The notes under the pieces: model-generated
The model's database searches: none
The model's input: the letters and a program-made list of their open reading frames with translations, nothing else
What the model was told of the DNA's origin: nothing
Part shown: positions 26,132-33,309 of the stretch, piece after piece
How positions within the stretch are numbered: position 1 is the first letter of the stretch
Layout: every line of letters starts with the position of its first letter
Assembly: GCA_009692745.1 (NCBI GenBank)
Contig: SHYO01000002.1
Span: forward strand, 1 to 60,340
Direction: 5' to 3'
Length of the DNA stretch: 60,340 nt
From: Chloroflexota bacterium
GTDB taxonomy: Bacteria > Chloroflexota > Anaerolineae > Epilineales > SHYO01
Translations under genes and position numbers: made by a program

Positions 26132-27388
26132 TTATTCTGTAGACAAGATCTTATCTAAATAATTTTGAAGTTGGGTGGCATTCAACTGTCCTCGATGGAT
26201 GTCTACAATCACACCATCCTTGTTGATAAAGATTGAGGTGGGCAGAGCCCGCACCTGGTAAGCGTTAGAGACTTGCCCTGTAATGTCAATCAGCGAGGGG
26301 AAAGTAAGATTCAGGCGGCTTATATATTGGGAAACTAGTACCGGGTCCTCTTGTAGGTCAATGCCGATAATCGACAAACCTGTATCCTGAAATTGTTGGG
26401 CTGCGAATTGGATGAAAGGCATCTCAGCCTGGCAGGGTGGGCACCAGGTAGCCCAGAAATTCAACATGATGGGTTTCCCGGCATAATCCTTGAGGGAAAC
26501 CTTGCCACCTGAAGGTGTGGTCAAAGTGAATGTAGGGGCAGGAGCATTAATCCGCGCCACAACACCCGGTGGTAAGCCCACATCAGTCGAGACACCTCGA
26601 TTGAACGTGAATACCTCAACCTTAGCATTGGTACGTTCTGCTATCAGCCAATTGTCGTAAATAGTCTTGGTATCCTGCTGAGATTTCCCTTGCGCTAATA
26701 CCGTGGAAATATACCGCTGTACGATCACTCGCTCCCGGTAAAATTTGCGGATAATATCCCGGTTAATATCTTGTGATGTCAAAGCTTGGTCGAGTTGTTG
26801 GTCGCCAACAGCCAAATTCTTAAGAATACGCGCGATTTCTGCGTCTGCCTCCTGGTTCGTAGCGGTAATACCACTCTGCTGAGCTTTCTGTAAACCAATT
26901 GCCTTATTAATCATTTCTTCAAGTACGCGCTGCTGAATCTGCCGCACGCCAATATCATCTAACGGTGGCGAATTGGGTTGGGCTGCTAATGGATATATCG
27001 CCAGGTTTAGCCGGACTTCGTTCGCATAATCTTGTCCTGAGATCTTTTCGCCGTTGACCGTTGCCACCGTATCAGGGAGACCTGCAAAGTCTGCTTTTAT
27101 GCCCGCGATGGAGAGACCACTGCGCGGCGCTGTGTTCGCTGGAGCGGAGGTGTTGTTCTGGCTCCGGGTCACGTAAAGGCCGAGAGCTATAGCCCCGATA
27201 ATCAATCCGACAATCAATATACCGGTGAGCCACAGGTAGGGAGCAGGGGATTTTGTCTGAGAAGGTGATATCGGCGATGCAGCTTCCCTCGATCGGATTT
27301 GATCTGTATCTCTTCCGGCCTGCCGAGTTTTAGCTCCACCCTCAGCCTCTGTAGGAGAGACTACTTTTATATCAAACCACTTAGGCAC
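26132..27388 (-). CDS. membrane-anchored SurA_N-like chaperone domain fused to a TlpA/ResA-type thioredoxin
   Basis: GTG start with GAGGAG upstream. One TM (WLTGILIVGLIIGAIALGLYV). VATVNGEKISGQDY is a SurA N-domain-like start. C-terminal redox motif WATWCPPCQ. Confidence 0.8.
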   Translation of the reverse strand: MPKWFDIKVVSPTEAEGGAKTRQAGRDTDQIRSREAASPISPSQTKSPAPYLWLTGILIVGLIIGAIALGLYVTRSQNNTSAPANTAPRSGLSIAGIKADFAGLPDTVATVNGEKISGQDYANEVRLNLAIYPLAAQPNSPPLDDIGVRQIQQRVLEEMINKAIGLQKAQQSGITATNQEADAEIARILKNLAVGDQQLDQALTSQDINRDIIRKFYRERVIVQRYISTVLAQGKSQQDTKTIYDNWLIAERTNAKVEVFTFNRGVSTDVGLPPGVVARINAPAPTFTLTTPSGGKVSLKDYAGKPIMLNFWATWCPPCQAEMPFIQFAAQQFQDTGLSIIGIDLQEDPVLVSQYISRLNLTFPSLIDITGQVSNAYQVRALPTSIFINKDGVIVDIHRGQLNATQLQNYLDKILSTE

Positions 27389-27437
27389 GGTCTCCTCATT
27401 CCCTCTTTAATGTAAAATAAAATCGTCTACCAAGCAG

Positions 27438-27490
27438 TAGAGGTGGATGCGAACAGACAAACTTCTCTGTCTGCAAGCATCACACCTCTA
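27438..27490 (-). other. compound hairpin in the intergenic region between the DUF1573 gene and the TlpA-like gene
   Basis: The outer arms TAGAGGTGGATGC / GCATCACACCTCTA pair with one bulge. They enclose the inner stem CAGACA-N8-TGTCTG. Confidence 0.4.
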
Positions 27491-27564
27491 TTCCCACCGT
27501 CAGATTATACTATCCTGTCTTTTGCCATAACCACATCACTTAGAAGCATCCTGAGCTTAAACTT

Positions 27565-28284
27565 CTACTGATCGCGCACAAAGGCGGTAATAGTGAACCG
27601 CACTTGATCCGCTGCCGGGTCGTTGGAGAGAATATCAATATACCGGGTAATCGGGGCATTCTTATCCTTATTTACCCGAGGATCGTAGGTAACCCGCAAT
27701 TGAGCTTCTTGGCCGGCTGGAATCGTATTCTCGCTCACCAAAGCTGCAGTGCAGCCGCATGAGGATGTCACGTTGGTGATCTTTAAATCCTTGTTGCCGA
27801 TGTTCTTAAGCTTAAAGACCTTCTCAGCCGGTTCGTTGGGCGATATAGAACCAAAGTCCCAGTTGTAATCCTTCTCCACGAGTTCGGGGAGCGCCAGCCG
27901 CGGGGCATCTGGTGCAATCGCAACTTTGGCCGGATCGGCGGGCCGGAGTTTATTGGGATCCTGACCTGCCTGTGGAGGCTGTTGGCCACCCTGCACTTGG
28001 GCCACACCTGGTTGGGCGCCTGTGCTTTGTGGGATCTGGATCTGCTGTTGGGTTCCTGGCTGCACCTGAAGTGTTTGACCTTGAGGCACGACCTGTGCTG
28101 GATTCTGGTAAACAGGCTGGGAAGCCGCACCACCACCACTGCTCAATCGCCCCAGGAAGAAGGCGATGAAGAAAATGGCTAAGACACCGATAACTGCCAC
28201 TACGCCATAGAAGAGGCGCGCATCCAACTGTACCACTACCTGCCCGCCGCTATTCGGTGGGGTCCTGCTAGATTTGCTGCTCAT
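27565..28284 (-). CDS. membrane-anchored DUF1573-domain protein
   Basis: GGAGG RBS. N-terminal TM, Gln/Pro-rich linker, then FKLKNIGNKDLKITNVTSSCGCTAA, which is the DUF1573 signature. Confidence 0.8.
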   Translation of the reverse strand: MSSKSSRTPPNSGGQVVVQLDARLFYGVVAVIGVLAIFFIAFFLGRLSSGGGAASQPVYQNPAQVVPQGQTLQVQPGTQQQIQIPQSTGAQPGVAQVQGGQQPPQAGQDPNKLRPADPAKVAIAPDAPRLALPELVEKDYNWDFGSISPNEPAEKVFKLKNIGNKDLKITNVTSSCGCTAALVSENTIPAGQEAQLRVTYDPRVNKDKNAPITRYIDILSNDPAADQVRFTITAFVRDQ

Positions 28285-28407
28285 GAAACGGTCCTCCTTA
28301 CAAGATTAGACTGGCAAAAACCTACTCGCTTTTGATAACTTCCATAGATCTGAATTGACTCTAAAAACCACTTTAACTCGCCTATAACACAGTTGAAACT
28401 AAACGCC

Positions 28408-30066
28408 TTACTTCAGCCACCAAATCCAGCTAAAGCCGGCATCAATTTGCTTCCAGTCCCCCCCGACTGTGCTCAAGATCCACAAATGTGGTAGGCGATC
28501 TAGATAGGAGAAGGCTGTGAAGGCAATGGCCTTATCGTCCGGAGAGACTTGCGGCGCAGTTAGATAAAAGGCCTGTTGGGGCTCGAAGCTTGTGAGCTGT
28601 TGCGGTGGGGTCCCATCCAATTTTGACACCCACAGATCCTCCGTAGACGGACCTATGGTGTAGAAGTAAATCCTGTCGCTTTTAGCACCCCAGTATCGCT
28701 TCGCATTGGGGCCAGGTTGTCCATTCTCCTGTTGCAGACGTAATTGGTTGGCTACCACAACATCATTTTTCCCGTTGGGATCCACAATGTGGATATCAAA
28801 GCGTTTATCTTCGTTGTTAGGATCTCCCTTTACGTACATGATATGCTTGCCATCGGGGGACCAGATGGGGACCCTGGCTTGATCTGTAGCGACCTTCACC
28901 TGGTTGCCCTGTAAATCGATTACATAAATACTTTGCTCATCCGGGCGAATACCGGCTACGAATTTTTTAGCGGTCGGTGACCACGATGCCGCTACCACGT
29001 CGGCCTTAGTGATAAGCCGAAGGCTTCCGGTTGTGGTGTCAGCCGACCAGATACCGTAAGCACCTTTGCCCGTCTGAGGGTATAGAATTAAAGTCTTTGC
29101 ATCTAACCATACAGGACCTTCTTGATAGTTGAATAAGGGGGGATCTATTTTAATAGCATCTAAAACAGCTTTTTTGTCCATTTTAACGACTTGGGTCCCG
29201 TTTCGATCCACTACCAGGATGTCCTCGCCTATGGCAGCACTCTTGTTGAAGGAACGATAGGCCAGATATTGGCCATCGGGGGACCAGATTTGATCACCGT
29301 TAACCAGGGTATCATTCGTTACCTGGATCGCATTCCGGCCATCTATATCCGACATAAACAGATCCACCTGGCTGTTTTTGGCGCCTAAGTAAGCCAGACG
29401 CTTGCTATCGGGAGACCAGGCTACATCTTGGCGTTGTATCGTATGAAAAGTTTCATTCCGAAAATCTCCGGCATCCTGGTCTTCCAATAAGTTACCGGAG
29501 ATCGGGTGGTTATCAGATCCATCGGTGTTCATCACCCACAGGCTAGCATTATTTCCCGACAAATAGGCTAATTTCTTTTCATCCGGCGACAGCCACACTC
29601 TGGCGGGGTTACGGGATAATGCAGTGACGCCTTGTTGGTCGGGATTTAATTTGAGTTCTTTTTGCGTTTTGCCCAATGCATCACTGATAATAATTTTCCC
29701 TGTCCGCACAAATATTAACCGGTTATTTGTTAACGGCCCAGGCCCTTTAGCTACCGTCGGCCGGGGTTCCAGGGCGATTTTGTCCAACAAAGGACTTCTA
29801 TCTACCAGGGGTAGATTACCGGTTACCACAATACCTGTTGGTTGAATTTTGCCAATCTGTGTTGATCCAGCGTTACCAGCAGCGCTCTGTCCCGCCGATA
29901 CCTGGCCTTGTGGCGGTAGAGCTGTTGCCTGCTGGTTTGATGGTTGGCCTTGATCTGGTGCCTTGGGAGCGTCGTTTTGATCAAGACTACATCCCGCCAG
30001 ACATCCAGCCAGGAGTAATATTCCCAGCCAGATCCTCAAACCTTCATGCCAATTTCGCCTCTCCAT
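28408..30066 (-). CDS. TolB-like beta-propeller lipoprotein (PD40/WD40-like repeats)
   Basis: I prefer ATG 30066 (MERRNW), because the GAGGAG RBS lies inside the longer ORF-track start at 30078. Lipobox LLLAGCLAGC. Recurring WSPDGK/WSPDSK/WSPDGQ propeller-blade motifs. Confidence 0.8.
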   Translation of the reverse strand: MERRNWHEGLRIWLGILLLAGCLAGCSLDQNDAPKAPDQGQPSNQQATALPPQGQVSAGQSAAGNAGSTQIGKIQPTGIVVTGNLPLVDRSPLLDKIALEPRPTVAKGPGPLTNNRLIFVRTGKIIISDALGKTQKELKLNPDQQGVTALSRNPARVWLSPDEKKLAYLSGNNASLWVMNTDGSDNHPISGNLLEDQDAGDFRNETFHTIQRQDVAWSPDSKRLAYLGAKNSQVDLFMSDIDGRNAIQVTNDTLVNGDQIWSPDGQYLAYRSFNKSAAIGEDILVVDRNGTQVVKMDKKAVLDAIKIDPPLFNYQEGPVWLDAKTLILYPQTGKGAYGIWSADTTTGSLRLITKADVVAASWSPTAKKFVAGIRPDEQSIYVIDLQGNQVKVATDQARVPIWSPDGKHIMYVKGDPNNEDKRFDIHIVDPNGKNDVVVANQLRLQQENGQPGPNAKRYWGAKSDRIYFYTIGPSTEDLWVSKLDGTPPQQLTSFEPQQAFYLTAPQVSPDDKAIAFTAFSYLDRLPHLWILSTVGGDWKQIDAGFSWIWWLK

Positions 30067-30116
30067 ACGTCTCCTCATTCGTTCGATACCTTATTGGGAA
30101 TTGCATATCTTCTAAA

Positions 30117-30131
30117 CTTACACTATGTAAG
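30117..30131. promoter_or_regulatory. candidate BlaI/MecI/CopY-type operator: CTTACA-CTA-TGTAAG
   Basis: Perfect 6-bp inverted repeat with TACA/TGTA cores. Lies about 50 nt upstream of the TolB-like start and 73 nt downstream of the BlaR1-like stop. Confidence 0.4.
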
Positions 30132-30203
30132 ACTTTGCCCGCAGTCTAAAACAAGGGTCTGATAAAACTTAGGGAATGCCGTTCGCTTGCGGTACTGATT
30201 TGA

Positions 30204-31154
30204 TTACATCAAGGCAACTGATTTGCACTTGCTTTCCAGAGGAGCAGCCTGGGCCGCATGACTTGTGTAGGGTCCATAGCTGATCAGAAACAGAGCTAAA
30301 ATCACTAAGCCACTAAAGAAGAGATTGCGCCGGCTAAGTTCTGGCAAAGTTGTGGCTCGTTTTAGGATGAGGCGTTCTACCCGCTCCTCGGCTACATTAA
30401 AGGCTCCGATAGCTGCCACACGTTCAAACTGTGGTCGAGATCCGCTAGCTAGCACTTTTACCAGGGCACTTGCCAGAGAGATTTGTCCTTCAGTATCCCA
30501 AGCGGTACTCTCATCGGCCGCAATTTCCTTGGCTACCAGAAAATGATCCCGCAAGGTCCTGACGATGGGGATAAACCATAAGGCATAGGTAATGGCCCGG
30601 CTGGCCCACACCTTTACCGGGTCGCTGTTCTCCAGGTGGTGGCGTTCATGCGTTAAAAGCGCCCGCAATTCACAATGGTCTAGCAAATCGACCATGCCAG
30701 TGCTAATGAGAATCCGGGGATTTCGCAGTCCATAGCAGAATGAGAAGTTACGTCGATCTTTTACCAGGATCACATGATCGAGAGAAAGATTCAATTCTAG
30801 GGTAAGTTCTGCCAGCCACTCCGGTAATGGTTGTTGTCCTCGCAATAAAGAGCGGAGGAGTCTTTGTGTCACCAACCACTGTATGAGGAGGGCTATAAAT
30901 AGTACACCCAATACGCCACCAATTACCATTAGGGGCACAGTGCCTAGACCGACCTGCGGCCCTATCAACCAGGTACTTACCAGTGCATCCCAACCATGGC
31001 GACAGCTATCTTGCAGTATATCGACAGCGCCAGGTAAACGCCCTACCAGGGCCCCTAGTAATCCCACCAACATCACAGTAATTAATCCCACCAGGAAGTA
31101 GAATGCCCGGTCAGCAACCCGCCAGCCGCCGTCCCACTGAATTACTATTTTCAT
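30204..31154 (-). CDS. BlaR1/MecR1-type M56 membrane metalloprotease, without a C-terminal sensor domain
   Basis: HExxH in LTHERHHLENSDP, four or more TM segments, only 316 aa. Its start overlaps the blaI-like stop (ATGA at 31151-31154). Confidence 0.75.
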   Translation of the reverse strand: MKIVIQWDGGWRVADRAFYFLVGLITVMLVGLLGALVGRLPGAVDILQDSCRHGWDALVSTWLIGPQVGLGTVPLMVIGGVLGVLFIALLIQWLVTQRLLRSLLRGQQPLPEWLAELTLELNLSLDHVILVKDRRNFSFCYGLRNPRILISTGMVDLLDHCELRALLTHERHHLENSDPVKVWASRAITYALWFIPIVRTLRDHFLVAKEIAADESTAWDTEGQISLASALVKVLASGSRPQFERVAAIGAFNVAEERVERLILKRATTLPELSRRNLFFSGLVILALFLISYGPYTSHAAQAAPLESKCKSVALM

Positions 31155-31648
31155 TGGTTACCCTCAGCGGTGACGTCCTCTGCACTGCCAGGAGCAAGGT
31201 TGCCGGAATCACGGATTTGTACCTGTTGCTGATGTATTTGCGCCTTAAGTCGTACCAATCGGGCCAACTCCGCCAACCGATCCGGGTCAATATCGGTGAC
31301 AGCATCTACGAATTGCGCAATTGCCAAGGCTCCAAAATCTCGCAGTAACCCCTCAGCTACCTCTCGGGAAACCCGGTTGAGAAAAATCTCCTTGCTTTCC
31401 CGTGGGGTATATAGGAAGGCACGGGAAACGCGGCGGCGCACCAAGATTTTTTTCTCCACCAAACGATTCATCACTGTCATAGTCGTCTTATAATTTTGAT
31501 CATTTCCCAAGGCATTGCAAACGTCCTGCACCGTCGGTTCGTTCAGCCTCCAGACGACTTCCATGATTTGAGCCTCTAGCTCACCAAAGATACGTTCCAG
31601 ACCTTGCTGGTCCAATTTGAACGCTTGTACTGGAGTAGAATTGGTCAT
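31151..31648 (-). CDS. BlaI/MecI/CopY-family winged-helix repressor
   Basis: LGELEAQIMEVVWRL...YKTTMTVMNRLVEKKILVRRRVSRAFLYTP is a typical penicillinase-repressor fold sequence. The C-terminal tail is longer than usual. Confidence 0.8.
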   Translation of the reverse strand: MTNSTPVQAFKLDQQGLERIFGELEAQIMEVVWRLNEPTVQDVCNALGNDQNYKTTMTVMNRLVEKKILVRRRVSRAFLYTPRESKEIFLNRVSREVAEGLLRDFGALAIAQFVDAVTDIDPDRLAELARLVRLKAQIHQQQVQIRDSGNLAPGSAEDVTAEGNQ

Positions 31649-31752
31649 GCTCCCTCACTGCCGATATGCATGGACTGTACTTGCCTAAGTCTTACATGCC
31701 ATAAGAGTCTGATTCGGCCTATATAACGAGGTCCAGCAATAAAAGATACGCC

Positions 31753-31959
31753 CTATTTCAGGGGTTTACCACAATAAGCACAAACTCTCCAGTCTTTTTC
31801 TACATCGCGGCCGCAGTGTGGACATTGCGGCGGCTTTTCCGGCATATCTGTCACCTCTACGCCTACCCAGAGCATGTACAGAAACCGGCCTATAAAGGCT
31901 AATGGAATCAGCAGCACTACCAGGAGAATAACTCCTATAAAAATATAGCTGATGCTCAT
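31753..31959 (-). CDS. small membrane protein with a C-terminal zinc ribbon (68 aa)
   Basis: I prefer the start MSISYIFIGVILLVVLL (ATG 31959), which overlaps the upstream stop (ATGA 31956-31959). CPHCG-N12-CAYCG. Confidence 0.6.
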   Translation of the reverse strand: MSISYIFIGVILLVVLLIPLAFIGRFLYMLWVGVEVTDMPEKPPQCPHCGRDVEKDWRVCAYCGKPLK

Positions 31960-33119
31960 AACCAGTTTCCTAGGTAGGACGATACAATTGCCGGCAAGGT
32001 ACGTCCAAACCACCATCCCAGGGATACGATAAGAGCAATTACTAACAAGCCTATAGCCAACCAAAAGGGATGCTGGCGCAGCCTCTGGTAGAGTAGTGTA
32101 GAAGAACGAGAGGTGCTATTTACTTTTTGCCTGATAGCATTCGGCGCCGGTTCCCCACAGCGGGGGCAAAAGTTGATTTCTCGGCTGAGAGATGCGCCAC
32201 ATACCTGGCATAGCGCAGCTTTCCTGTCTAGATTTTTTCGATGAGATAGCTGCTCAGCACCAGGTTTACCCTTTGCTTTGCGGTGTGTACCTATATAGAT
32301 TTGTTGGGATTTATTTTTCCGTTGCTGATATAAACCATACGTCAGCATACCCACACCCATTAATCCTAATAGACTTGCCAGGTACAGTGGCCACGTCGGC
32401 CGGGTTGGCGGCAAAGTTTGCGGTGCGGGCTGCCCCTTAGGGAAAGATGGTGTGTTAATAGAGCGGGTGTAACGAATATGAACTGTTCTAGTCTCATTAA
32501 CCGGGATCTGGTTGAAAACATACGCAGTAGTCTGCTGCCCATTGACATCAGATGCCCACTTCAGTGGTGCTGGCGACATGGTGAAATTCGTGGCCCCCAG
32601 GGGTTGTTTTACATCCAGCTCCACTTGCTCTGCCGCATAAGGTAGCTTTATCTCGAAATTAAATTCTTTTATCTGGTCTGTATCTTTGGGAACGATATTC
32701 AGATAGTATTCCAGATGAAAGATAGCTACCGGTATGGTCCAGGAAATGATCTGCCATTCCCCGTTCGTGGTCTGTTGGTAAGGGGTTTGGAAGAGATCCC
32801 CCGTAGGAGAAGCATAAGCGGTTGCAATTACCTCCGCCCCTGCTGGGAATGGAATTGCTATCTGTAGCGGCATGCTGGTGGAATTGTCCAGCTCACCTCG
32901 CAGTATGACCAAAGGCCGTGGATCGTCATACTCTGGCCACAGCGAAACACGGACAAGTTTCAACTTGGGCGATGTACCGGGCGAAGGCGGAAGCGGTGAT
33001 TGGGCAGCTCCGATAGGTATAGTAATAATCCAAAGGAAAAAGCCCAATATGCAGGCGAACAAAATATGTGGTTTTATACCGGCCGGTAAATAGGTCAAAT
33101 CTTTATATAATCTTAGCAT
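31956..33119 (-). CDS. bitopic membrane protein: secreted beta-rich domain, TM, cytoplasmic zinc ribbon, second TM
   Basis: Signal-like HILFACILGFFLWIITIPIGAAQS, mid TM WPLYLASLLGLMGVGMLTYGL, CQVCG-N10-CPRCG, then C-terminal TM FWLAIGLLVIALIVSLGWWF. Confidence 0.65.
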   Translation of the reverse strand: MLRLYKDLTYLPAGIKPHILFACILGFFLWIITIPIGAAQSPLPPSPGTSPKLKLVRVSLWPEYDDPRPLVILRGELDNSTSMPLQIAIPFPAGAEVIATAYASPTGDLFQTPYQQTTNGEWQIISWTIPVAIFHLEYYLNIVPKDTDQIKEFNFEIKLPYAAEQVELDVKQPLGATNFTMSPAPLKWASDVNGQQTTAYVFNQIPVNETRTVHIRYTRSINTPSFPKGQPAPQTLPPTRPTWPLYLASLLGLMGVGMLTYGLYQQRKNKSQQIYIGTHRKAKGKPGAEQLSHRKNLDRKAALCQVCGASLSREINFCPRCGEPAPNAIRQKVNSTSRSSTLLYQRLRQHPFWLAIGLLVIALIVSLGWWFGRTLPAIVSSYLGNWL

Positions 33120-33217
33120 ATAGATATAGCATATTGTAGTGATACCAGGTTTAAAGTCAACGTCATCTTCTCCGCTGTGATCTCCGTATCCCCCTTTTTG
33201 GCCATGTTCCCAGTAGC

Positions 33218-33246
33218 TTGATGTGTCGGTCTAAATCTGGTATATT
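33218..33246 (+). promoter_or_regulatory. candidate promoter: TTGATG (33218-33223), 17-nt spacer, TATATT (33241-33246)
   Basis: Read directly, about 65 nt upstream of the PBP1A ATG. Confidence 0.4.
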
Positions 33247-33309
33247 ACGGGCCTGATGTTCATAGGTTAATCGTAAAATTCGGATCAGATAGACGTAAGG
33301 GAAACTAAG

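Noticed and set aside
31676-31696. TGTA-N13-TACA arrangement in the spacer upstream of the blaI-like gene, considered as an autoregulatory operator.
   Set aside because: The half-site orientation is divergent (TGTA...TACA) with long spacing, unlike the TACA-N2-4-TGTA operators of the family. The flanks are not palindromic beyond 4-5 nt, which is easily a chance occurrence.
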